Source: Diplonema japonicum (lineage: Eukaryota > Protista > Euglenozoa: Diplonemea). From it: a stretch of 64,000 nt of DNA. Of this stretch, positions 31,732 through 42,474 are shown piece after piece; the stretch's first letter is position 1, and every line of letters starts with the position of its first letter. The notes under the pieces were generated by a model, which was not told the DNA's origin, did no database searches, and was given only the letters and a program-made list of their open reading frames with translations. The stretch lies in NCBI GenBank assembly GCA_964019335.1, contig OZ025689.1, forward strand, positions 493,026 to 557,025, given 5' to 3'. The position numbers and the translations under genes are program-made.

Positions 31732-33192
31732 TTATAGTTTAGCGGTGGCTGCCGTGTATTTCAATGCACGTTCCTTCACCTCCGCTGGGGTCGATCCCGG
31801 TTTGTACAGAGACGACCCGACCCCGAACCCGTATGCTCCCGCAGCCCGCCATTCAGCCATATTTTCCAAGTTGACCCCACCCACGGCGAAGGTTTTCAAC
31901 GTCTTGGGAAGAACGACCTTGATAGCCTTCAGGCCTTTCGGGCCGAGCGTTTCCGCAGGAAAAAGTTTTACCCCGTCAACCCCCAGCTCGGCGGCCATGA
32001 GGGCGTCAGTAGGGGTGTAGACACCGGGGATTGTGACCAAGGCTTTCGACACGGCTCGTTGTATCATCAAAGGGTTTGTGTTGGGAGAGATGATGAGCCT
32101 CCCGCCCACATCAGCCACTCTGTCGACGTCAGCAGGGGTGAGCACAGTCCCGGCACCGATAAGAATGTTGTCTTGATGCTTGAAAGCCTGCACAAGCCTG
32201 CGGATCGACTCAAACGGATTGGGGGAGTTCAGCGGGACTTCTATCCCAGTTACACCCGATGCCACCAATGCCTCCCCAATGCTCACTACCTCCTCAGGCA
32301 CGACACCCCGTAGAATCGCTATTATTCTGGGAATCTCCGGTTTCGGCAGAACCCCCCTTACCCCTGCTAAAATCGCCGTCTCACTAGGGATGTTCTCAAT
32401 CGTCCCAACCTTTCCAAGCAACGAAAAGGCTGTTTTGTAGAGGTTGCAGAGTTTTGTTGAACCGATGATGGTGACCCTCGGGGTGTGGTTTGGGAGCTGG
32501 GAGCGAATCTCCTCGCCCACTAGGATTCCCGACAAGTAAGCGTTCGCCGCGGAATCGTTTCCCTTGTAGGATTTGGACAGCGACGCCCTCCGGACCTTGA
32601 AAAGGTTGCCGAGGAAGGGCCCCGTGGCCATGACACCCTTTGCAAACCACGCCTCATCGTGCGTTCTAGAAACAATGCTCTTTTTGAGGATGGTGTGGTT
32701 GCCTACAGCCTGGAATATATCGCCCGACATCAACGTGGAGAATGATACGATCTTCCCGTTCGACACTTTGATCCATTTTGAATGGGTACCTGGGCACACG
32801 AATACACCGTCCTTTCCCACGCCAAGTGCTTGTACCTCTTCGCCACGCATTACATCAGGAGACTCTGTGCCGTGGCATACACCTGGGAGGAAGTAGATGT
32901 CGCGCCCGTTGCTTTGTGTTTTTGTTTTCAGGCCTTCTTTCAAATCTTGCAGGCCTGCAGGAGTGCTTACGTAGGCGGTCTCCTTCCATCCAACCGAGCT
33001 CCCGCCCATCCCTACTACGTACACCAATTTCTCCCCCCAGTGCTGTGGGATCATTTCGTTGAACGCCTTCTCGTGGTCCGTCACGCTAAGAACCCCTTTG
33101 CCTTCGTGCTCCACTTTCTCTGTAACGAAAACCCCTTGGACCCGGAAGGCCCTGAACGAGGTTGTGCCCCAGTCCACAATAATATGGCTCAT
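31732..33192 (-). CDS. dgoK-dgoA: Bifunctional 2-dehydro-3-deoxygalactonokinase / 2-dehydro-3-deoxy-6-phosphogalactonate aldolase fusion
   Basis: DgoK motifs IIVDWGTTSFRA, PDVMRGEEVQ, CPGTHSKWI, YLSGILVGEEI run in frame into DgoA/Eda motifs IIAILRG, IEVPLNSP, IGAGTVL, VKLFPAE, AVGGV, GVGSSLYKPG. Confidence 0.93.
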   Translation of the reverse strand: MSHIIVDWGTTSFRAFRVQGVFVTEKVEHEGKGVLSVTDHEKAFNEMIPQHWGEKLVYVVGMGGSSVGWKETAYVSTPAGLQDLKEGLKTKTQSNGRDIYFLPGVCHGTESPDVMRGEEVQALGVGKDGVFVCPGTHSKWIKVSNGKIVSFSTLMSGDIFQAVGNHTILKKSIVSRTHDEAWFAKGVMATGPFLGNLFKVRRASLSKSYKGNDSAANAYLSGILVGEEIRSQLPNHTPRVTIIGSTKLCNLYKTAFSLLGKVGTIENIPSETAILAGVRGVLPKPEIPRIIAILRGVVPEEVVSIGEALVASGVTGIEVPLNSPNPFESIRRLVQAFKHQDNILIGAGTVLTPADVDRVADVGGRLIISPNTNPLMIQRAVSKALVTIPGVYTPTDALMAAELGVDGVKLFPAETLGPKGLKAIKVVLPKTLKTFAVGGVNLENMAEWRAAGAYGFGVGSSLYKPGSTPAEVKERALKYTAATAKL

Positions 33193-33328
33193 TTTTTTTC
33201 TTCTTCTTTTTTTTTTTGTGTGGATTTGTGTGTGTTTCTTTTTTTTTTTTTTTCTTTTTTATTTTTTCAAAAAAGGCAGTGAGGGAATAAAACATAAAAT
33301 GGGGGGGACCAAAAAAAAAAAAAAATAG

Positions 33329-34352
33329 GATAGGAACGAAGTGGTTAGCAATGGCCCGCCGCGGTGGTTTGCGCCAGCTCAGCACCTGATCACCATACTC
33401 CCTGAGCTGCGGGGTCAGCTTGAGCTTGTACAGTTCCACAACCTTTGGCGCCTCGAGTCTTGAGCCTTGAGTCGTCACCATCCATGGCGGTTCCTTCTCA
33501 ACCGCGAACCGCTTCACCGCCAGAGCATCGTCCCTGCGCCTCACCACCTCTGCCAAATACCTCTGCAGCCTCTCCAAACCGCGGAACACGACCTTCCTCG
33601 GGAGAATCCCGTGCAGCTCCAAACAGACCGGCCACCTTTCGCTCCTGACCAGACCGGTATATACCTCCTTCTTCTGCACCTCCAATGCGACCTCGCACTC
33701 CCAAAGCTGGTGTCGCAGCAACCTAACTGTGCTGCCCTTCGCAGCATCACAAACATCGCAATTGAGCGTACCCGCTGCTTTGTCGGTCCTCCCTCTATCC
33801 AGGTGGTCGGCTTCTTCCTCGCTCCCTTCACCTCCCTCCTCATCAGGTTCTTCAGGAGGGGAGAGTAAAACTTGTTTCGCATACGGGCTGAGGTACGGCA
33901 CCGCCCCGGCGATTATCCTCCTCACCCGCCACGCTTCGAGCGGTCTGCGTGCGCTGCACTTCATCCAGTAAGCGTTCGTTGCAGGGGCCGCGCCCATCCC
34001 AAGCCCGGCCATCGTGCTTCGCGCCTTCACGATACCCGATGTCCTCATCCTCCGCAGAGCCTCCCTGAGGTCGTGCCCAGGATTCTCTCCTCTGTGCCAG
34101 GCCCCTTCCGAAAGCTGTGCTGTCTTTCGCAGATCCACCGTCCTTGCCACGGGAGAACCGTCCTCAGCCTGGCGCACGCCCACAGTCGATACACCGCGCT
34201 GGTGACAGTAATCGGCCTGTGGTCCAAGGGGCCGAGGCCTGCCCCCTTCGGTATTAGCGACACCAGGGCCGTACACATGGCTTCTGGCCACCTCCCCTCC
34301 CTCTCGATCAGGTTAAACAGGTCTGCCAGTCCGTCCAGTACCCACTTGGGCA
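33329..34352 (-). mobile_element. 5'-truncated, internally deleted LINE remnant
   Basis: RT N-terminal part (EGRWPEAMCTALVSLIPKG..DHRPITVTS) jumps to the Zn-finger region (CDVC..RHQLWEC, WPVCLELHGI). Its 3' end recurs at 55004-55034. Confidence 0.85.
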
Positions 34353-34446
34353 GCCAAAAAAAAGGAGGAGTGAGCAATAAAAGTATTAGGAAAAAAAAAG
34401 AAAAAGAAAAAAGAAAGAAAAAGGGTGTTAATCCCTCCTCCATGTT

Positions 34447-37373
34447 TTAAAACTTTCGTGCCGCAACCTCGTGAAGCAGCGCGGAGGGGAAATATTTCGC
34501 TAAGGCGTCGGGATCGCGACACGCAAGACGGTTCAGAAACGTCACCTTTTTTTTTTTGTTTCCTTCAATTTATTTTGTTAGCATACCTGGTTGCAGAAAG
34601 TCTGGTGAGCGTCTTTTGATGCTATCTTTGCAGCTTGTCTTTGAGCTAGTATTATACCCGCAGATTTCTCGTAAAATACACTGTAAGGACCGGGGGTCTG
34701 AGGCAACTGCGAGAACAAGGTATGTATCGCATTGTGCATGTTAGGATGCAGACTGCTCTTCGTCCACACAGGGTGGTGGAACATCACCGACATAATTGAC
34801 GGAAGAACCCGGAGCTCCGTCCAGGCATCGGTTTGAAACAGCGTTTTTAAATACGCTTCCCTATGGCTCGGGTATTCTGTTTCTACATTATACAAACAGG
34901 TTCGAACAGCGAGGGTTGAGGCAACATGGGAGAGCGACTCAACGAGAGCCGATTCGGTGACGAGCTTTTTGACATCCGTGGTGCTCTGTAGGTTTTCCTC
35001 GACAAACGCCACCGCTTTCACCAATGAATGCAGAGTTTTTTCAAGGCTTTGCAACAACACACCATCAATAGACGCCACACCATAAGGCCCCACACAGGCT
35101 ACCAAGTGTTCCCAGTCTGCTTGAGACGCAAGGCTTGAGACCGAGAGCTTTCTTCCTGTTCCGATATTTTGCTTTTGACTGTTCAGCACACTAACGTGTT
35201 CAAGGATCCCGGTTGTTATCCTATGCAGTAGATTGTAATACAAATTCTCCGGGGGGGTATCCTCGGGCCGATCCCACGATTGCGGTGCTGTCAGTTCCGA
35301 CAGAAGAACCTGGAAAACAGCGTCAGTTGAAGACACCGAACGCCAAAAATGGAAAACAGAATGGCTTCGCGATATCTTGTCTCGAAGTGCCGATGTTTGA
35401 ACGCCTAGAGGCCCGGTGTCAACCGTGTCGAGGAACTGCCTTTCGTTGGAAATCAACGCCAGGCGAAGACTCTCCGCAACATTCAGCACCTTCGAGTATA
35501 TCCTCACACACGGATCCTCACCAACAGCGGACAACATCGTGCCCAACATTAACCGCGATGCTGCTGCAGTGTCCCCTTTCGCACCCTCAGCGTACTTCAT
35601 AGAAGCCTCCAATGTTTTTGAAACGAGGCCTTCCACATATGTTATCCATGATGCTCCGACAGAAGATTCGACGCTGTCGGGAGCCCATGGGTGCACAGAG
35701 TCTGTGAAGGAATCTGGTATCCTGAGCAACCACATGACCTCCGAGATGAGCTGCGGGTTTTCCAAACAGTTTTGAACAACGCCAGCAAACCATGTAGAGT
35801 GGTCCCACAATGAGGATAACGACGCAGTTTGCCGGAGCGTGGTTTCTATGTACGTCATGCCGAAGTCTGTTAGGAGCAAGAATGCTGTCTGGAACAGCTT
35901 GCAGTCTTTTTTCCCTGTCACGGCGAAAGGGTGGACTTTTGAGCAGATTCTGGTTTGGCATCGCAGCCAATCGATGCGTGCTGCGTCGTGGTCTCCTTCG
36001 GACACGTTTTCCGCGAAGCTTTCTAAAGTGGGAATCGCATCCTGCCCACCGGCTCCGGACACCGCCACCAAGAAGTCAGAGACAGAATCGTTCAAAGCGT
36101 GTTGGTAGCCAGTTGAAAGAAACTTCTTCCAGTACCTCCCGATAGTGTCTTGGTGGGACGTCAACAGCTTTGAAATTTTCGAGACGGACGCCGCAGTAAG
36201 AGCGATCGATAGATCCTGCCAGTCGCTTTTCACATATTTCGCAATCTTTGTGATCGGTTTGTGCACCCAGTGCGCCGCACACCATACAACCTCATCACAC
36301 GCCAAGCTGCACAGGCAGAGCGCCAACGGTGCTTTAGCAGGGATCAACCTCGGGTTTTCCGAAAGCGTTTTATAACACTTTTCCAACCAATATTGAAGCG
36401 ATCTCCTTGAGGCAAGCCGGGTTTTCGCTGCCATTGAGACTGCCCGCTCGGAGGTTGTCGAAGTGAGGTGTTTGCCGGGCGGGTCTTTGTCCAACTTCGT
36501 CCTTCGAAGGATTTCCTTGAACTCCTTGTGGTGGTGGAAGACCTCCGTCCCATATACAGGAAGCAGGTACCCACTGGTAAGAACACTTTGCAAATTTGAG
36601 AAACCGTTTCCCTCTCGTATGGCCCAGGGGGCTACGAGGTAACAGTAACCTACCCAATCGACTACACGACCCTTTGCCAGAAGTTTTCGGTACTCCATGT
36701 TGCACGCGGGGTCAGGGGTGGAACTGCAGTACCACATGTCACGGGATGTGAAATCAACAGGTTGTAGGTACTTCTCCACACCGGAGATGGCACCAACGAG
36801 GAGCGATGTAGCTTGTTTGAAATCACTCTGCAGAGCAAGAACAGGCTTCTCGTACTTAAGAATCATATCAACAACCGACTGTATCCTTTCGGGGGTAGAC
36901 TGTTGGAGGTATTGCGACAATGCGATACAAAATTTCGCTGCGTCCATAGACCTCAGGAGAAGCACCAGTCTGGCCGTCAAGGACACCATGTTGAGGATAA
37001 GATGAGTGATTTCAAGATGCGCGCCAGTGGCGACTGTTTCAGGGAGTAGTTCTGAGCATATTATGTCTGTCATGTCGCGAACAGAGTTCAGGTACAGGAA
37101 ACAGTCGTAAAGCATGTTCATCACCTTCTCAAGGTGTCCTCTGCACCCTGTTGCGATGCCGTCCACACCTATCTTCCTCACCTGCTCCTCGTCCCACTTG
37201 GGGAATTTTCTCACCAACGCTGCATGCAGTTTCTTGTACCCTTCCCCGCTGCCCATCGCTCGGCCATGCTCTTCCCCGTATCTTAACACCCCCCGTTGCG
37301 TGTACATCGTGTATATTAGGTATCGACCTTGTTCCTCAAGGAGGAGGAGCTTTTCGGGGATTTCGGAAGACAT
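34447..37373 (-). CDS. NCKAP1: Nap1/NCKAP1/Hem family protein (WAVE/SCAR regulatory complex subunit); intron 34546-34586
   Basis: IPEKLLLLEEQG, LVRKFP, MILKYEKPVLALQSDF, LIPAKAPLALCLCSLACDEVVW, LVACVGPYG. The spliced last exon gives KYFPSALL, matching the Nap1 C-terminal FPYxLL. Confidence 0.78.
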
Positions 37374-37410
<37 letters not shown>

Positions 37411-37498
37411 CGTGTAAGAGAAAAGGGAAGAAAGAGAAGAAAAAAAAAAAAACCGACCCCCCTTTTTTGTACTTGCATTTTTTTTTTTTTCCTTGAAG

Positions 37499-37534
<36 letters not shown>

Positions 37535-37649
37535 AGAAGAAAAAAAAAACGTGTAAAGGGGGAAAAAAAAAAGAAAAAAGAAAATCTTCCTCCTTTCCCC
37601 CATAAATCCAATGTTCCCCCTCCCCCATTTTTTTTTTTTTTTTTTTCCT

Positions 37650-39224
37650 TCACACGCACAGCGACGTTCGAATGGCCGATGGCAGCATGCAAGTGTACAC
37701 AGCGTCGGGCTCGCGTTCGTTGTTTTTCAATTGAATGAGCTCCTCGATTTTTCGCAGCTCCGCGACAAATTTGTCGTGGTGTGCCTGTGCCCGTTCGTCA
37801 CCGAAGACTCTGCCTTCCTTCATAAGGGGCTCCAGCTCACAATAACGAGACGCCATCGCCATCACAAGCTGCACCTGAAGCTTCGCCTCCCGCGGCGATG
37901 GTATCAACGACGCCAAAGTATCCCGTGTGTATTCATGTTTCAACATGGTCAAGGGCAAAGGCTTCACCGACAACGGCGACCAAAGCACGTAAGCCAACGA
38001 TGGGTACAAATCACCCCTCCAAGCTGTGTGCCACGCCGAGCACGTCCACATTACATTTGTAATAACGAAAACAAGCGGATCAACCGTATAATCCCGGAGA
38101 TACGGCAAGCCCTTGATCGACCTTCGCAGCGTCGCAATCCAATTGTTGATTTCAAAATCGCCTGTTAAATCCGCTGGTTTCTGGTAATACTGTGACACTA
38201 CGTTTTTAGAATACGCTTCGAACGCACCCCATAAAAGCACTCCATCATCCATATATGGGTATTCCAGGTTTGTATCGGTGACTCCACAAGATACCATCGT
38301 GGCTTTGTAAGAGTTTCTTTCAAAGTCGAATGATGTCCGAGCGAGTTTTCGAATCGATCTGCGGGTTTGAAGATCAGGGAGGATGGATGAGATCTCGCTG
38401 GTGCTTGAGAGGAAGAGGCCTTCAAAATCAGTTTCCGCTTGTTCTGCGTGTTGTAGGAAGTCGTTCAGAATCTGTCGTACTGGGTGGCGTGGTGAGAGAT
38501 GTTTCTTCGTGCCTCTTGACACCTCCGCCATGACTTCGTGCGCGCATGATTTCAACCCGACTATCTTCCAGATGAGTTCTGCTTGATGGTATCTGAGCTT
38601 TGCTGAGTTCCACGAGAAAACATTGTCGTTTGGGGTGTGCACGTTAAGCTCCTTGTCCGACATTTGTATCGCAATGGGAAGAATGTCGTTTGCATCGTTA
38701 AGGTACAACAATAGGATTGGATTTGAAACTGTTGGGACCGCTCTTAAAAAACTCAAGTCTACAATGTACAACCTACCCGCGGTTGTTGCCTCTTCAAGCG
38801 TTGTGAAATCGTCCAGAAAGCCCATTACCATGTCCTCTTCCAGCTCTCCATGCATTCTTTCGGGTATATCGTGAATTGATTGGATTTTGTTCACCAATGT
38901 TGGGCTGAGTCCGTTGAAGCGTTCCCTGCCGAAGCGGGTGTCAGCCGACCATTTCAGTGCGACTTTTGGAAGTTTGAAGCCCCAGTCGTTGTATTTTCTA
39001 TCGACTTCCTCCACGCCCTTCCATGTCTCTTTTTCCTCGTCTGGCTGTGGTGTGGGTCTTACTTTTATTTGCAGGGTCCGCGGTTTTTCGTTTTTGAGGT
39101 TTCTTTCCATTTCTCGCATCCTGGTTCGAATCTGAGGATCCTTTTGGGGCAGCGTTGTGTCCTTCTCCGAGCCGGTCACCCATCGGTCAATGCAGAACGC
39201 AAATGGGGTGGTGAGAGCCAACAT
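37650..39224 (-). CDS. Lipoxygenase-fold protein with divergent metal ligands
   Basis: WSADTRFGRERFNGLSP, LYIVDL, PIAIQ, WNSAK, LSPRHPVRQIL, YPYMDDGVLLW, CSAWHTA, C-terminal IRTSLCV. Confidence 0.85.
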   Translation of the reverse strand: MLALTTPFAFCIDRWVTGSEKDTTLPQKDPQIRTRMREMERNLKNEKPRTLQIKVRPTPQPDEEKETWKGVEEVDRKYNDWGFKLPKVALKWSADTRFGRERFNGLSPTLVNKIQSIHDIPERMHGELEEDMVMGFLDDFTTLEEATTAGRLYIVDLSFLRAVPTVSNPILLLYLNDANDILPIAIQMSDKELNVHTPNDNVFSWNSAKLRYHQAELIWKIVGLKSCAHEVMAEVSRGTKKHLSPRHPVRQILNDFLQHAEQAETDFEGLFLSSTSEISSILPDLQTRRSIRKLARTSFDFERNSYKATMVSCGVTDTNLEYPYMDDGVLLWGAFEAYSKNVVSQYYQKPADLTGDFEINNWIATLRRSIKGLPYLRDYTVDPLVFVITNVMWTCSAWHTAWRGDLYPSLAYVLWSPLSVKPLPLTMLKHEYTRDTLASLIPSPREAKLQVQLVMAMASRYCELEPLMKEGRVFGDERAQAHHDKFVAELRKIEELIQLKNNEREPDAVYTCMLPSAIRTSLCV

Positions 39225-39399
39225 TTTTTTTTTTTTTCTTTTTTGTGCTGCGAAAAAAAATAAAATAAAAATAAAAAAAAAACGTTTTTCGAGTAAAAGA
39301 AAGAAAAAGAATATCCGAAGTGAATAAGCTGCCAAAGCGAAAGCAATGACATTTCTCCCCCCCCCCCCCCCCTTCATTTTTTAAAAAAGATTTTTTTTT

Positions 39400-40428
39400 T
39401 TAGTTGGATGCAGAATCCTTGTTGTTGTTAATATCGTCCGTCAGCCCCCTCTCTGCCGCCATCTGCACAGAACAGAGGTATCGCAAGCTTAAGGTTTGTA
39501 TAGTTGTATCGGGGGTCCAGTAGGCATGGTCAGCAGGCGGGTCACCCGTCGTTCGAATGAAATCGTTTTCCCAACGGTTGATAAGGGCCAAGGTGTGGGA
39601 GATGTGAACAAGAAGCTGCCCGTCTGTCAGCCTGCCGAGGCTTCTTTCCTGAACTTCGCGGCCGACAAGAAAAGACTGTGTGCACTTCCTCTTAAGAGAA
39701 AGGTACCGAGTACCCGTATGCGTGTCGATCAATGTAGAAGAAGGCCTCGTACCATTATGAGCCGACACGTACCTCTCCACCCATTGCTGCAAGGCTGCAT
39801 CGGTGTCGTTTAGAATATGTACCATTTCCAACCTTTTCATAGTTGTGAACGGTTTGACACAGAACCACCAGGCGATCCTTTTCGTGGCCTCTTCCCACTC
39901 AAGATGGATGTCTGAAGGTGTTTTAACCAACAGAGCAGCTTCTCCCTCAGGAGGTTCCCCCCTACACTCGTAGTACATAAGCGAGGGGCGGTACATTTGT
40001 TGTACGTTGAGCACGTCGGTCGCGCAGTGCCGTTTGAATCTTTCTTGAATCTTGCGGATGATCTCGATAGCGTCTTCGCGTTGTTCTGCGTTGTGTGTGA
40101 AGACGATGGACCTGAACTGGTGTCCTAGGTCCTTGCCCTGCCTGTCGCCTTGCCACCATTTGTGAAAACCCATGAATTTGTACATAAGCTCTCGGTATGA
40201 AACCTTGTTGCTGTTGTACAAAACGGTCACGGCATGTACATGGCCTGTGGAACCCCGCATCACGTCGTCTTGGGTCGGGTTTTCCGTCCACCCCCCGGTG
40301 TACCCTACCTCAACTGTGCCCACTCCGGGGACCCTTGCCATGTTTGATTTCAACGACCAGTAGCATCCGCCTGCGAAGGTTGCGACGTCACCCGTCACCA
40401 GGATCGCTAAGGCAGCGCATAGCGTCAT
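39400..40428 (-). CDS. msrA: Divergent peptide methionine sulfoxide reductase A-like protein with signal peptide and C-terminal extension
   Basis: ATFAGGCYW, VGYTGG..NPT..V..GSTGH, VSYRELM..F, RQGKDLGHQFRSIVF. Confidence 0.8.
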   Translation of the reverse strand: MTLCAALAILVTGDVATFAGGCYWSLKSNMARVPGVGTVEVGYTGGWTENPTQDDVMRGSTGHVHAVTVLYNSNKVSYRELMYKFMGFHKWWQGDRQGKDLGHQFRSIVFTHNAEQREDAIEIIRKIQERFKRHCATDVLNVQQMYRPSLMYYECRGEPPEGEAALLVKTPSDIHLEWEEATKRIAWWFCVKPFTTMKRLEMVHILNDTDAALQQWVERYVSAHNGTRPSSTLIDTHTGTRYLSLKRKCTQSFLVGREVQERSLGRLTDGQLLVHISHTLALINRWENDFIRTTGDPPADHAYWTPDTTIQTLSLRYLCSVQMAAERGLTDDINNNKDSASN

Positions 40429-41864
40429 ATAACACCCCCCTTCCCCTTCCCCTTCAACCCTGCGATTGAGATCTGTTGTTTGGAGGCAACCGCGTCGGCA
40501 AAAATACCCGTGGTCCCATGGCCGCCCCACGCGTCGTGGTTGGCCGGGTTCAGTTCTCCCAAAGTCTGCCTCGAGGCAAGGCATAGCAGCAGACCATCTG
40601 TGGTGGACTCGGACGACAGCATTCCCTCGTACACATTGGACGACTGGTCGAGATGGATACTAACGAAGGACGCTATCTCGGAGTACTGTTTGGAGGCTGC
40701 CCGATGGGCTTTGACGAACATGGCAAGATGTGGGGACATGGCCTTGAGGTATGGGTTTGACAGGAGGCGGGAGGTTTTGAGGACCTCTTCGACAACGGTA
40801 TCAGCGAGGTCGGAGAAAATAGCGGCGGTGGGGACGGGCGCGAGCATCTCGCCGACGCACTTCTCGACGTCCCACTTGCAGGACAGCAGAACACCGACGG
40901 CTGTTTTAAAGCTAGCTAACTTGTGGAGGAACACCCCTGCGAGGTCCTCACATTTCACAGATGGGTCCAAAAGCTCACTAGTGATGTGCCTCACATCGTC
41001 GACACAGGTCTGCAGCATCTCTTCGTTGCAGGCGAGGACTTGTTCGAAGGCTTCACAGCTCTTCAAGTGCGTCTCTAAAACAACCGAGTCGCGGAATATT
41101 TGTGTCAGTGTTCCTGTCAGGTCTAAACCTGCAGCGATGACTTCTTCCCGTTGTTTTCCGTTTTCCTCCGCACGTGTTGCGTTTTCTATTGCTTGGTTCA
41201 GCAGCCATAGTGAGCCGTTGATATCCATGACGTGGCCTGTTACTTCTCGCAGCTCGCCTGTTGTGTACTGTTCGTAAGAGAGTGTTGCTTTAAATGTCTG
41301 AAGGTTGCTGCAAAGGGAGTGAAATGAACCCCCGTTGGGACCATCGCAAAGGAGGTCCAGGGCTTCTTGGCACACGTTTATGGATTCTTTAGGGTCGTTG
41401 CAAGGGGCTGTTAGGAAGTCGGGCATTCCCCCGCATACCCTGTCCTCTTCTTGTTCCTGGTCGAGCCAAGCCAATTCATTTTTTTCCACGGGCGATGCTT
41501 GGGGGGACATTAGCCCCGCTGCTCGGTCTGGTATAACAAAAACTTTTTTCTTCACCCTTCGTCTCGTTTCCCTGATGAACAGTTCCTCCCTGAACACGTC
41601 CTTGTATATCCCGTTCAGCTTCCATAGGCCTCGCTTGTCGAAAGCAGCCGCTCCTGCTTTCTTCGCCTTGTCACCAAAGGTGTCCTCCTCTTTATCTATG
41701 GGACTTGATTCGTCTTCCTCGGTCTTTGCAACTTTCTTTTGCAGACTATCCGATTTCTTGGCTGATATCGACACTCTCCTCCTTGGAGAGCACCCCGCTT
41801 TTACCCTTATCATAGTTGGAGACTTCCCTCGTTTGTTTTTTGCGATAGTGAGTTTCGGCGGCAT
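40425..41864 (-). CDS. Hypothetical protein (basic N-terminus, helical core)
   Basis: Homopolymer-free ORF from MPPKLTIAK; no family recognised. Confidence 0.6.
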   Translation of the reverse strand: MPPKLTIAKNKRGKSPTMIRVKAGCSPRRRVSISAKKSDSLQKKVAKTEEDESSPIDKEEDTFGDKAKKAGAAAFDKRGLWKLNGIYKDVFREELFIRETRRRVKKKVFVIPDRAAGLMSPQASPVEKNELAWLDQEQEEDRVCGGMPDFLTAPCNDPKESINVCQEALDLLCDGPNGGSFHSLCSNLQTFKATLSYEQYTTGELREVTGHVMDINGSLWLLNQAIENATRAEENGKQREEVIAAGLDLTGTLTQIFRDSVVLETHLKSCEAFEQVLACNEEMLQTCVDDVRHITSELLDPSVKCEDLAGVFLHKLASFKTAVGVLLSCKWDVEKCVGEMLAPVPTAAIFSDLADTVVEEVLKTSRLLSNPYLKAMSPHLAMFVKAHRAASKQYSEIASFVSIHLDQSSNVYEGMLSSESTTDGLLLCLASRQTLGELNPANHDAWGGHGTTGIFADAVASKQQISIAGLKGKGKGGVI

Positions 41865-42131
41865 TTTTTTTTGTTTCTCTTTTCTATATTTCTTTTTCAG
41901 TTTTTTTTTTTTCATTCTAGTTCGAAGCACAAAAAAAGGGGGGGCCGAAGAGGGGCAGAATAGCGGAGCGTGGTAAAGTAGGACCTTAGAGAGTGCAACG
42001 GCACAGTTTGGGGAACAAATAAAAAAGATTTTTTGACGTCTAGTAGGTCAGCGAGAATAAAAAATAAAAAAGAATGGGGACGGAGGGGGGGGGGGGGGGG
42101 GGAAGGGATGAGGGGACTTGACAAAACAAAG

Positions 42132-42230
42132 AATAAAAAAAGATTTGATTTTTTTTTTTTGGGAGACTTGATGCGGGGGAGGTTTCCCCCCCCCTTTTCC
42201 CCCTTTCGTAGCCTCAAAAATTTAAAAAAA
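42132..42230. repeat. Dispersed repeat, partial copy of 46842-46957
   Basis: ataaaaaaagatttg..gggagacttga(t/c)gcgggggaggtttcccc..gtagcctcaaaaattt is present at both sites. Confidence 0.8.
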
Positions 42231-42474
42231 AAAAAAAGAAGTAAGGGGGGAAAAAGAATAACGGGTGTACCAGGGAACCAAACAAAAAATAGAAAGAAGA
42301 AAAAAAAAACACACAAACACCACAAGATCACTCTCGCAATCTGGCTAGTACCAGATGACAAGCAAAAGTGGAAGGGCACAACATAAGGGGGAGTTCAGGT
42401 TAGGAGCCAACTAAGAGACACTTTTTTTTTTTTTTTTTTTTTTTTTTTGTAGTTTCTTTTTATTTTTCTCAAAT

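Noticed and set aside
31732-33192. Bacterial contamination as the source of dgoK-dgoA
   Set aside because: The flanks have host homopolymer style and the gene is co-oriented within the eukaryotic cluster.
33086-33328. C-terminal part of the 401-aa ORF overlapping dgoK-dgoA
   Set aside because: Chance readthrough of a LINE remnant across homopolymers.
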